A stretch of 56,419 bases of DNA, from assembly GCA_964420455.1 (NCBI GenBank), contig CAYQTO010000007.1, forward strand, positions 1 through 56,419. The letters run 5' to 3'. The position numbers were made by a program, and so were the translations under genes. The notes beneath the pieces are model-generated. The model was not told where the DNA came from, did not search any database, and saw only the letters and a program-made list of their open reading frames with translations. Of this stretch, positions 26,486 to 35,212 are shown one piece after another (the stretch's first letter is position 1; each line of letters starts with the position of its first letter). The stretch comes from an uncultured Candidatus Sumerlaeota bacterium. GTDB lineage: Bacteria > Sumerlaeota > Sumerlaeia > SLMS01.

Positions 26486-27562
26486 TCAACCTTTTCTGGC
26501 CAGCAGATAGAGGAAGAACGGCGCACCCACCAACGCCGTGACGATCCCCACGGGCAGCTCCGCCGCTCCCGATCCCGTCACCCACCCGAGGGCGAGGCGC
26601 CCCACGGCGTCGCACACCGGCAGGAACGCCGCCCCCCCCAGCAGGCACGCCGGCAACAGCGCCACATGCCCCGCCCCGAACACCCGCCGCATCGCATGGG
26701 GCACCACCAGCCCCACAAAGCCGATCGGCCCCGCGAACGCCACTACCACCGCCGTGACAAACGACGCCGCCCCCAGCCCCAGAAGCCGCACCCGCTCCAC
26801 CGGCACCCCAAGGTTATGCGCCGACTCCTCGCCAAACGTCAGCAGGTCCAGCGGCCTTGCCAGGATCATCAGCACCACCGCCACCGCCACTAGCACGAGC
26901 GCCACGCCCTGCACGATCTCCAGGGAGGCCACGTCCAGCCCTCCCATCATCCACCGCAGCAACATCAGCGTCTGGTACGGGTCGCTGATGTACTGTACCA
27001 GGAGGATACCGGCGGCGAAGAAGACATTGAGCGTGACCCCGGCAAGGAGAAGGGTCGCGGGCGAACGCATGGTGCCCCGCATCCTCGCCAGGGCATTGAT
27101 GGCCGCGACCGCCACGGCGGCGCCGGCGAAGCCCCCTGCCGGAAGCGTATAGACACCCGCCCAGGCCGGCCCGAGGTTCAGGAAAAGCAGCGCCCCGAGA
27201 GCCCCGCCCGTCGCCACGCCAAGGGAGAACGGTTCCGCCAGGTCATTGCGGAGGATCGCCTGGTAGACCGCGCCGGCAATCGCCAGTGCCGCCCCGGCAA
27301 CCAGAGCGAACAGCACCCGTGGCAGCCGCGCATCAAACAAGAGGAACGCGTCAACGTTGGGCCCTTGCACCTCCACCAACCCAAGCGCGCGGCCATAGTC
27401 GATCGACTCGGTGCCCACCAGCGGCGTCAGCACCGCCGCAGACCCCACCAACGCCAGCAACACAGCCCACCGGCCCCACGAGCGACGACCGCGAGATGCA
27501 TTTCCTTCGTCCCCCCCGCCGGAGGGCAAGCCGTCCAGCAACGCCTCGCGAACCGTGCTCAT
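26486..27562 (-). CDS. FecCD-family ABC importer permease (BtuC/HmuU-like)
   Basis: 358 aa, about 10 TM helices. Typical FecCD central and C-terminal GxxPFxGL-like region (GPIGFVGLVVPH). Confidence 0.9.
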   Translation of the reverse strand: MSTVREALLDGLPSGGGDEGNASRGRRSWGRWAVLLALVGSAAVLTPLVGTESIDYGRALGLVEVQGPNVDAFLLFDARLPRVLFALVAGAALAIAGAVYQAILRNDLAEPFSLGVATGGALGALLFLNLGPAWAGVYTLPAGGFAGAAVAVAAINALARMRGTMRSPATLLLAGVTLNVFFAAGILLVQYISDPYQTLMLLRWMMGGLDVASLEIVQGVALVLVAVAVVLMILARPLDLLTFGEESAHNLGVPVERVRLLGLGAASFVTAVVVAFAGPIGFVGLVVPHAMRRVFGAGHVALLPACLLGGAAFLPVCDAVGRLALGWVTGSGAAELPVGIVTALVGAPFFLYLLARKG

Positions 27563-28344
27563 CGCACCAGCCCCAGCATCGGGGCGCCATCCGGCCGGGT
27601 GGCCGTCGTCAGCCGAGTCCCGTAAACCGGCTCCAGAACCTCCGGCCGCAGGACCTCCTCCGGCGATCCATCCGCTGCAATCCGTCCGCCAGCCATCACC
27701 GCCAGTCGCGAGCAGTACAGCCCCGCCAGGTTGATGTCATGGGAGACCACGAGGATCGTGAGTCCGCCCTCCGAATGGAGCCGGTCGAGCAACTGGAACA
27801 GGGTGCGCTGGTGGGCGGGATCGAGGAAGGTCGTCGGCTCGTCGAGGAGGAGGACTTCGGGGCACTGGGCGAGGGCGCGGGCGAAGAGGACCAACTGGCG
27901 TTCGCCACCGGACATTTCCGCAAGGCGGCGGGTACCAAAATCCTCGAGGCCCACCAGCCGCAGCACCGCCTGCGCAATGCGCCGGTCCTCCTCGTCGTCG
28001 GTCCCGCTCAGGAGGAACTGATGCGGGTAACGTCCCATGCGGACGACCTCGCTCGCGGTAAAGGGAAACAGGCCTTCCTCGCGCTGGGGGACGACGGCGA
28101 CCTCCCGGGCAAAGGCACGCCGATTCCACGAACCGACCGGCCGCCCCTTGTAGCGGAGGGATCCCTCCACCGGCACGAGCCACCCGCTCATCAACCGCAG
28201 CAGCGTCGACTTCCCCACGCCATTCGGCCCGATCAGCGCCGCGAAGTCCCCCCGCCGCAGGTCCCAGTCCAGACCCTCCAGCACCCGCCGCCCCTGTCTA
28301 TACCGATGAACGACGTTCCGGGCCTCAAACAGCGGCGTGGTCAT
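27559..28344 (-). CDS. ABC importer ATP-binding protein (BtuD/FecE/HmuV-like)
   Basis: GPNGVGKSTLL Walker A, MSGGERQ signature, LLLDEPT Walker B. ATGA-type overlaps on both sides. Confidence 0.9.
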   Translation of the reverse strand: MTTPLFEARNVVHRYRQGRRVLEGLDWDLRRGDFAALIGPNGVGKSTLLRLMSGWLVPVEGSLRYKGRPVGSWNRRAFAREVAVVPQREEGLFPFTASEVVRMGRYPHQFLLSGTDDEEDRRIAQAVLRLVGLEDFGTRRLAEMSGGERQLVLFARALAQCPEVLLLDEPTTFLDPAHQRTLFQLLDRLHSEGGLTILVVSHDINLAGLYCSRLAVMAGGRIAADGSPEEVLRPEVLEPVYGTRLTTATRPDGAPMLGLVR

Positions 28345-29219
28345 GGGGCGGGCGCGGGTTCCCTCTTGGCGAGAAGCGACTGGAGACGCCGGGCGCTGGC
28401 AACGACACCCGGCCCGGGAATCGTCAGATGCGGGTCGTTGAGAAAGAGGATCCGCGTGCCGGTGGCCCCGGGGCCAAGGGCGCGCTTCCAGGCAACCCGG
28501 GCCTCCTCCTTCTCCGCCTCCGTATAGTCCAGTTCGCCGGATCGCGTCTCCACCACCACGTCTGGCGGGTTGGCGATCAGGAACTCGCGCGAGACGGTGG
28601 GGTAGGGGACCTTTGTCCCCTCGAGGACGTTGCGGGCGCCGGCGGCCGTCATCAGTTCATCGACGAAGGTCCCCGGCCCCGCGCTGAAGATTTCCCGAAC
28701 CGGCCCCATCGGGCGGCCAAGAACGAGCAGGACGCGCGGCTCGCCAAGTTCCCGTCCCGCTTCGCGGAGCGCGGCCAACTCCCCCTCGAATGTCTGGACG
28801 GCCCCCTTCGCCTCCTCCTCGTGGCCGAGTTCCCTGCCGATCGCGAGCAGGCCCTCGCGGATATCCGCCAGCGTCTCTGTCCGCACGGCTACCGTCCGGA
28901 TCCCGGCGCCGCCAAGACGCCGATCCAGGTCCGTCTCGCCCGGTGTCAGCAGCGCCACCGTTGGCCGAAGCGCCACCATCCGTTCGAAGTTTGGATTCAG
29001 GTAGCCGCCAACCTTGGGCTTTTCGGCCGCCTCCTGCGGAAATCGGCAGTAGTCCGTGACCCCCACCACCAGATCGCCCGCATCCAGTGTATAGACCATC
29101 TCGGTGATGCTGGGCGCGAGCGACAGAACCCGGGGGGGATCCTCGCTCCGGGCAGGCAGGAGAAGCAGGCAGAACAGAACAACCAGAAGCGGACGCATGG
29201 GGTGGCTTTCCTCGGGCAT
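28341..29219 (-). CDS. periplasmic substrate-binding protein, class III (BtuF/cobalamin or siderophore type)
   Basis: Signal peptide, then RVLSLAPSITEMVYTLDAGDLVVGVTDYC, typical of BtuF-like binding proteins. Confidence 0.8.
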   Translation of the reverse strand: MPEESHPMRPLLVVLFCLLLLPARSEDPPRVLSLAPSITEMVYTLDAGDLVVGVTDYCRFPQEAAEKPKVGGYLNPNFERMVALRPTVALLTPGETDLDRRLGGAGIRTVAVRTETLADIREGLLAIGRELGHEEEAKGAVQTFEGELAALREAGRELGEPRVLLVLGRPMGPVREIFSAGPGTFVDELMTAAGARNVLEGTKVPYPTVSREFLIANPPDVVVETRSGELDYTEAEKEEARVAWKRALGPGATGTRILFLNDPHLTIPGPGVVASARRLQSLLAKREPAPAP

Positions 29220-29323
29220 GGACCCACAAGGCGGGAAAGAAGGGCGAAAGACAAGCCGAGCCGTGGGGGAGACGGCCCGGCTCCAAGCATTTCACCGACC
29301 GGATGGCGCAGGGAGAGCGGTGT

Positions 29324-31228
29324 CTAGAGACCGCGGCGCTTCTTTCGCGCCTCCTCCAACATCGCCCGGACTTCCTTGTCGCTGGGCTTCAGGCTTGCCG
29401 CCACGCTGAGGCATTGGACGGCCTTGCCGAATTCTCCGGCTTCGAGGGCCGCCTTCCCCGCCGTCCGCTGGCGCTCGAACATCGTTTGCTTTGGCTTCTC
29501 GGCGATCACCGTCGACTCGGACGCCTCCGCTTCGGCCTTCGGGGCCTCGGCCCTCCTCTCCCCGCCGGGGGCCTTGCTCATGTCGAGCATCACAGTCTTC
29601 TCTTCCGAAATGTCCTGCTTTCCACTTTCCTCGCCACCGGTACCTTCGAAGAGCGGGGTCGAATCGGCCACCCCCTTGGACGATTCCGCCATTGGGTTGA
29701 GGAAGACTGTCTGCTCCTCCTCGGCGGGCGCGGGCTGGTGCGAGGCAGCCGGCGCATCCGGGTCCACACCGGGCATCTTTGTCTCTTCCACTCCCTCGCC
29801 AAACATGACCGAGGAGTACTCGCGGTCGAAACTGGTCAGCGTGAGGTCCTCGCCCTCGCCCTTCTCCGCGTCGGTTTCGGCCGCGGCGGGCTTCTCCTCC
29901 GTCTCGCCGGTACCGCCACCGAACATGAGCGAATTGAAGGTCAGCGCGTCATCCTGCTCGGAGGACTCCGGCGCGTGGGGCTGGCTGGAGGGTGACGACG
30001 CCTCGAACAGGGGGGCGGCCGTCTGGCTGATATCCACGGCGTCCTGGTCGCCTTGGGAACGCGGCGGCGCGGAGGACTCGTCGCCGATGGGCGAAAGGCT
30101 GATCGTTTCCTCGGCCGGCGGCTCGGCTGCCGCGCTGATGTCGATGTCTTCCCTCGAGGACACGCCGGGGTGATACTTCTGCTCGGCGGTGTCCGCCACC
30201 AAGGGTTCTTCGCCGGTTGCGGACGACACATCGAGTGCCTCCTCCGGCGGGCCACCAGTCGCCTTCTCTGCAGGGGCACTGGCAAACGCGTCACCCTTCG
30301 TCTGGTAGGCATCATCGGCCTGGCTGGCGGAGTAGGCCGAATCGTCGGCGCTTGAATAGTCGATGCCCAGATTCCCGAACTCCCCGGACTTCTGTTCCCG
30401 GTCCGGCTTTTCCTCCACAACGAGGTTGTCGAAACGAAGGTTGTCGTCATCGGCGAGAGCAGGCTCGGTCGGGGCCGAAGCGGCGGCTGGGGGGGAGTCT
30501 TGCTCCTCCTCCTCGTCCTCGACGGCGGTCACCTGGTCATGGACGACATACCCGCGGCTTGGAGCCGGCATTCCCCCGCCTGCGTTGGCCAGCCCCGTGG
30601 CCGCCGCGGCCGGGGCGGGCGCGAGCGGCGCCTCCCGGCGACCTCCCCGCATCCATCGAAACAGAACGATGAGGACAATGGCGAGGAGGAGCACGGCTCC
30701 GCCAATGATGAATGCCATGAGGGGGAGGCCAAAGGCCAGCGAGGGACCGGAGGAGCGGACGGGGGCGGGGGCCGGAGTGGGGCGAGCAGGCGCCGCAATG
30801 TCTACCTGGCGGATCCCCGATTCCACAGGTCCGGACGAGGTCTCGGCAATGTTCTGGCGGATTTGTGCTATATCGACGGGTGTCAGCTCGCGGGCCGTTT
30901 CCTCGGCGCGATCCGGGGTGCCGGTCTCGCCCGCCGCAAGGCGCCGCTCCGCGATGTCCTTGTTCATCAGCGCCGTGCTGTTGTTCGGGTCGATCGCGAG
31001 GAGCGCCTCCGCCTCGCGGATCGCCTCCACGTACTTGCCCTGGCTGTTGAGCAGGCGAATCCGCTGCTGCATGGTGAGGATGTCCCGGTCGCGGACGAGT
31101 TCCTCCTGCTCCTCGAGGTTCTGCACCTCCTGTGCGGCCGCGGGGAAAACCGCAACCAGCAGCGCCACGACAAGCAGCAGGCTCCAACCCCTCCAGATTC
31201 TCCGGGACAACACTGATTCCGTCACCAT
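29324..31228 (-). CDS. bitopic membrane protein: periplasmic TPR-like module, second TM, long acidic disordered tail, C-terminal TPR-like helix pair
   Basis: Start chosen at MVTESVLSRRIWRGWSLLLVVALLV (signal anchor). The tail is ~420 aa, rich in Asp/Glu/Ser/Ala/Pro, with recurring hydrophobic-F-x-x-hydrophobic-FG(E/G)G-like short motifs. The upstream 177 codons overlap the divergent gene and are rejected. Confidence 0.5.
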   Translation of the reverse strand: MVTESVLSRRIWRGWSLLLVVALLVAVFPAAAQEVQNLEEQEELVRDRDILTMQQRIRLLNSQGKYVEAIREAEALLAIDPNNSTALMNKDIAERRLAAGETGTPDRAEETARELTPVDIAQIRQNIAETSSGPVESGIRQVDIAAPARPTPAPAPVRSSGPSLAFGLPLMAFIIGGAVLLLAIVLIVLFRWMRGGRREAPLAPAPAAAATGLANAGGGMPAPSRGYVVHDQVTAVEDEEEEQDSPPAAASAPTEPALADDDNLRFDNLVVEEKPDREQKSGEFGNLGIDYSSADDSAYSASQADDAYQTKGDAFASAPAEKATGGPPEEALDVSSATGEEPLVADTAEQKYHPGVSSREDIDISAAAEPPAEETISLSPIGDESSAPPRSQGDQDAVDISQTAAPLFEASSPSSQPHAPESSEQDDALTFNSLMFGGGTGETEEKPAAAETDAEKGEGEDLTLTSFDREYSSVMFGEGVEETKMPGVDPDAPAASHQPAPAEEEQTVFLNPMAESSKGVADSTPLFEGTGGEESGKQDISEEKTVMLDMSKAPGGERRAEAPKAEAEASESTVIAEKPKQTMFERQRTAGKAALEAGEFGKAVQCLSVAASLKPSDKEVRAMLEEARKKRRGL

Positions 31229-31383
31229 AGACGCCGCTTTCTCCCCAATGGACAATCTTGTGGACAATACGCCCCAGACAAAGGTGCCATCGGAGTCTCC
31301 GCAACGGATTTCTCTGGTTTCTTCCCCCCCGCTGGTCATGGTTCCGTCGCTGGGAACAATGCCTTTCAGGAGTCTGATCGCCG

Positions 31384-32625
31384 ATGACCTTTCACCGTTG
31401 CCTTTGGATGCTGGCGCTGGCCGGCCTGCCCCTGGTCCCCGCCGGGCCGTCGCCCCTGCAGGCCCAGGAGACGCTCGGTCCGGATCTCGATGCGGTGGGG
31501 CTCCTCCGCTCCCAGATCGACCGCGGGGTCCACGGCACGCTCGAGGTGACGGAACAGGAGGCCGAGGCGATCCTGGAGGTGAACGGGGAGGCGATGGCCG
31601 GCGGGGCGCCGCGGGCGGTCTTCGTCGAGCCCGGCGAGGAGGTCGCCCTGGGGGTGCGCCTTGGTGAGACCCCCGGCCCTGAACTGCTCTCTCCTGACTC
31701 CGGCCTGTCGCTCCTTCGCCGGACCACTGTCGGGGAAGTCCTCTGGGAGGGCGAATCAAACGATCGTCTGGGTGACGCTCGTGGCGGGGAAGTGTCCTGG
31801 CGTTCCGGCAACGACGAGGGTCGGGCCAGCTACATCCGCGCGACGGTTGCCCGACTGGAGATCGTCCGCGATGCGACCCTCGCCGCCAGCCCCGAGGCCG
31901 CTGCCCCCGCTACCCTCTCCAACGCCACCGCAGGCGTCCTCCTCCTCCCCGCGGTCTTCTTCGACCGCGATGGCGACGGGCTCCTGCTGGGCCGCAACAT
32001 CGGCATTTATCCCAACGAGCGCGGCACCGCCGTCCCCCGCGTCATCGCCGAGAACCGCGACCACTACCTCCCCCCCAAGGCTTTCTACCGCGTCCAGGAG
32101 CCCCAGTCCCGGGCGCTGGTCACCTCCACCCTGACCCTCGCGGAACTGGTCCCCCCGGTCTTTCCCGACGAGGCAGACAGCAGCTTCCGCCTCGCACCCG
32201 TGTCCTCCCGGCTGGTGACTTACCTCAACGCCTTCGAGGCGTCGCTCCGGCGCGCCGGCCATCGTCCCGAGAACCTGCACATTCTCCGCGGGTTCGTTTC
32301 TCCCACGGACCGCCGCCGGCTCGAGCGCCTCGGCGTTCCCCTCGCCGATTTTACCCGCTTTCAATATGGCGACGCCGTCGCTCTCGTCCTTGCCGAATCG
32401 CCCCAGGCCGATCCTCCCCGGATGGCGGACATCAACGGCGACGGGGTGATCGACATCGCCGATTCCGAGGCGCTCGCCGAGTTCGCCAAGCAGACCATGG
32501 ACGATCTCGGCATGTACGGCGGTCTTGGCGTCGCCGCCCGCTACGAAGGGCCCGGCCCCAGCACCGGGTCCCCCTACGTTCACATTGACCTGAGGGGCTG
32601 GTATGCCCCTTTCCGTCAGGAATAA
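31384..32625 (+). CDS. secreted protein with C-terminal peptidase-M15A/DUF882-like region carrying a dockerin/EF-hand-like insert
   Basis: Signal peptide. C-terminus LHILRGFVSP...RFQYGDAVAL...DINGDGVIDIADSEAL...PYVHIDLRGW resembles SGYRS...SxHxxGxAxD...HxD of M15A. The first zinc His position reads Gln. Confidence 0.4.
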   Translation: MTFHRCLWMLALAGLPLVPAGPSPLQAQETLGPDLDAVGLLRSQIDRGVHGTLEVTEQEAEAILEVNGEAMAGGAPRAVFVEPGEEVALGVRLGETPGPELLSPDSGLSLLRRTTVGEVLWEGESNDRLGDARGGEVSWRSGNDEGRASYIRATVARLEIVRDATLAASPEAAAPATLSNATAGVLLLPAVFFDRDGDGLLLGRNIGIYPNERGTAVPRVIAENRDHYLPPKAFYRVQEPQSRALVTSTLTLAELVPPVFPDEADSSFRLAPVSSRLVTYLNAFEASLRRAGHRPENLHILRGFVSPTDRRRLERLGVPLADFTRFQYGDAVALVLAESPQADPPRMADINGDGVIDIADSEALAEFAKQTMDDLGMYGGLGVAARYEGPGPSTGSPYVHIDLRGWYAPFRQE

Positions 32626-32646
32626 TCTCAACACGGAATATCGACC

Positions 32647-33720
32647 ATGAAACGACTCCGGCGTATCCTCTTCATCTTCGGTGGCTTGGTGCTGGCCGTG
32701 GTGCTTCTCGTCGCCATCGGCCTCGCCTACGTCTACTTCAACCGCAACGAATTGATCCGCACAAACCTCGAGAGCACCCTGAGCTGGGTGCTGGTCAACG
32801 AGACCACCGTCGGCAGCGTCAACCTCCAGCCCTTCGCCGGGGAACTCGTCATCGAGGAACTCTTCATCGGAAACCCCGAGGGCTTCGAATCCGTGCATGC
32901 CATGCGGTTTGGCAAGATCGAGGTGGCCCTCGACATGGAGACCCTTGGCACCGAGCTGCTCACCATCAACCACATTCGGATCACCGAGCCGGACATCAAC
33001 TACGACCGGAAGATGCGCGATTCGAACCTGAATCGGCTGGTGGCGAATGCCTCGCGTTTTCAGACCCCCCCCGGCGAGGAGGAGCCCCCACCCGCCGAAG
33101 AGCCTGCGCCAGAAGGATCCCAGCAGCAGGTCCTCATCCGCGAGATTTCCGTGATTTCCCCCCGCATTCGCCTGACGATCCCGGTGTTGAATGAAAGCCC
33201 GTCGGTCCAGGTGGCCGACATCGTCATGCGGGACGTGGGCGCGGCGGAGGAGGACGAACCGGCGACCCCCGCGGAGGTGCTCCAGCAGTTCTTCAACTTC
33301 ATCATCCGTGATGGCGTTGGGGCGGCGGTGGAGAAGGCGGGAGTGCCCGTGGGCGAGGTGGCGGGGCTGGCGGCGGACTTGGGGCGCGGGGCCTTTGCCA
33401 CGGGACGCCAGTTGGGTGAAGGTGCCGTCGGCACCGCTCGCGATGTGGGGGAGGGAGCAGTGGGCGCCGCGAGGGACGTCGGCGGAGCTGCCACCGGGGC
33501 CGTTAGGGATGTCGGCGAAGGGACCGTCGGCGCCGCCAGGGATGTCGGTGGGGCGGCCGCCGGAGCCGCGAGGGACGTTGGCGAGGGCGCCGTGGGGGCG
33601 GCACAGGACGCCGGCCGCGGAATCGGCCGCGCAGTCGGAGGGCTCTTCGGCCGGAACTCCGATAACGACGAACAGCCAGCGGCAACGCCCGAGCCCACCC
33701 CGGAACCCGCCACGGAGTAA
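32647..33720 (+). CDS. membrane-anchored AsmA/DUF748-like protein with C-terminal 11-residue tandem repeats
   Basis: N-terminal TM helix, an AsmA-like beta-rich region, then repeats of G-E-G-A-V-G-A-A-R-D-V. Confidence 0.45.
   Translation: MKRLRRILFIFGGLVLAVVLLVAIGLAYVYFNRNELIRTNLESTLSWVLVNETTVGSVNLQPFAGELVIEELFIGNPEGFESVHAMRFGKIEVALDMETLGTELLTINHIRITEPDINYDRKMRDSNLNRLVANASRFQTPPGEEEPPPAEEPAPEGSQQQVLIREISVISPRIRLTIPVLNESPSVQVADIVMRDVGAAEEDEPATPAEVLQQFFNFIIRDGVGAAVEKAGVPVGEVAGLAADLGRGAFATGRQLGEGAVGTARDVGEGAVGAARDVGGAATGAVRDVGEGTVGAARDVGGAAAGAARDVGEGAVGAAQDAGRGIGRAVGGLFGRNSDNDEQPAATPEPTPEPATE
33415..33612 (+). repeat. in-frame tandem repeat, 33-nt period, six clear copies
   Basis: Units begin at 33415, 33448, 33481, 33514, 33547 and 33580. 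They encode GEGAVGTARDV / GEGAVGAARDV / GGAATGAVRDV / GEGTVGAARDV / GGAAAGAARDV / GEGAVGAAQDA. Degenerate copies flank on both sides. Confidence 0.85.
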
Positions 33721-33723
33721 TTC

Positions 33724-35181
33724 TTGACGGATCGTTCCTTTCTGCCCAACCGGCTGCCCCGGCCATGGATCCCGGGGCAGCCGGATTGGGTGGACGCCTA
33801 CCACGCGGCCTGGGCAACCGCCGCCCGGCGTGGCCTCCGCCGGGCGCCAGCATTCGCATCCCGTCGCGCTTCAGTGCTTGACGCCTGCTTTTCTGAAAAC
33901 TTCTTCCAGTGGGACTCCTGCTTCGTCGCCCTCTGGGCCCGCTATTCCCAGGGCGCCTTCCCCGAACTGACACCAGATCCCCTCAGCAACCTCGACCTGT
34001 TCTACGACTCCCAGGACCCGGATGGGGCCATCAGCCGGGAGATACGGCCCAATGGCACCTCCGCTCCCAACCGCACCGCCGCTGGGGACACCCCCGACAC
34101 GCCGCCCTTCTGGCGCTCCACCGCGTTCTCCAACCCTCCCCTCTTCTCCTGGGCCGAGTGGACCTACTACACGACGACGGGCGACGATTCACGCCTCCCT
34201 CGCATCTATCCTCATCTCGTCAAGTACCATGACTGGACGATTGCCGAACGGCGTCGAACCAACGGTGGCTTCTTCAACGACTCCTTCGGCTGCGGGATGG
34301 ACAATCTGCCGCGCGTCGAGGCCGTCACGTGGGTCGATGCCACCGCGCAGATGGCCCTCGATTGCGAGTGCCTCGCCCAGATGGCACTGTTTCTCGACCG
34401 CGAGACGGACGCCCGGGCCTTCTCCGCCCGATACCTCGAGTTGCAGGAATTCCTGAACGAGCGCTGCTGGGACCAGTTCCGCGAGTGCTACGTTGATCTC
34501 GATGAGGATGACCTCTGGGCGGGCCCGATGCACGTGGGCGCGTTCTGGCCGCTTGCGGCGGGCGTGGTGCCCCCGGAGCGCGCCCGCCGGATGGCGCTCC
34601 ATCTCAAGACGCCCCGGGTCTTCGGCCGCAAGCACCTCGTCCCTTCCCTCGCGGCAAACTCGCGGGAGTTTCGGTCCACGGGCGACTACTGGCGCGGGGG
34701 GGTCTGGCCTCCCACCACCTACATGGTGATCCGGGGGCTGGCGCGTTCCGGCCTTCGGAGCGAGGCGGTCGACGTTGCCCGCAACCACGTGGATGCGGTG
34801 GCAGCGGTCTTCCGGGAAACGGGTACCTTTTGGGAGAATTACGCCCCGGACGCGTTGGCGCCCGGGGAGCCTGCCAAGCCTGATTTCTGTGGCTGGTCGG
34901 CGCTGGGGCCCGTTGCGGTGCTGATCGAGACTCTCCTCGGGCTGCGCGTGTCCGGTCAGCTGGAGCGGCTGGAATGGACTCCCGCGCTGGAGGAAGCCCA
35001 CGGGATCGAGAATCTGCGGGTGGGGCGGGCGACGGTGGACCTGAAGGCGGAGCGGGCCGGGCGGGGATGGCGCGTGACGGTCTCCTCCGATGCGCCGGTG
35101 GAGGTGCTGCTCCATGGCGCCGCGGGTACCCATCCCGTTGAATTCGATGGGGCAGGACGGGAAATCGCCACGCTCGAGTAA
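33724..35181 (+). CDS. (alpha/alpha)6-barrel glycoside hydrolase, GH63/MGH1- or trehalase-like
   Basis: FQWDSCFVALW and DYWRGGVWPPTTYMVIRGL motifs are typical of GH63/GH37-type barrels. TTG start as in the ORF track. Confidence 0.55.
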   Translation: MTDRSFLPNRLPRPWIPGQPDWVDAYHAAWATAARRGLRRAPAFASRRASVLDACFSENFFQWDSCFVALWARYSQGAFPELTPDPLSNLDLFYDSQDPDGAISREIRPNGTSAPNRTAAGDTPDTPPFWRSTAFSNPPLFSWAEWTYYTTTGDDSRLPRIYPHLVKYHDWTIAERRRTNGGFFNDSFGCGMDNLPRVEAVTWVDATAQMALDCECLAQMALFLDRETDARAFSARYLELQEFLNERCWDQFRECYVDLDEDDLWAGPMHVGAFWPLAAGVVPPERARRMALHLKTPRVFGRKHLVPSLAANSREFRSTGDYWRGGVWPPTTYMVIRGLARSGLRSEAVDVARNHVDAVAAVFRETGTFWENYAPDALAPGEPAKPDFCGWSALGPVAVLIETLLGLRVSGQLERLEWTPALEEAHGIENLRVGRATVDLKAERAGRGWRVTVSSDAPVEVLLHGAAGTHPVEFDGAGREIATLE

Positions 35182-35212
35182 TCAGGCCCCCTCCTTGCCC
35201 CTGCTGTCTTCC

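Noticed and set aside
29220-29323. Possible cobalamin riboswitch upstream of the BtuF-like binding-protein gene
   Set aside because: The spacer is only 104 nt, too short for the element. I found no GCCACTG core or B12-box-like sequence on the relevant strand.
31229-31759. Upstream 177 codons of the 811-aa ORF 29324..31759
   Set aside because: This part is Pro/Arg/Gly-rich, overlaps the divergent secreted-protein gene starting at 31384, and would leave no promoter space. The internal Met followed by a signal-anchor helix is a better start.
33415-33612. Regular 33-nt repeats as a possible CRISPR array
   Set aside because: The repeats are contiguous with no spacers, in frame inside a CDS, and degenerate at third codon positions. 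This is a coding tandem repeat, not a CRISPR array.
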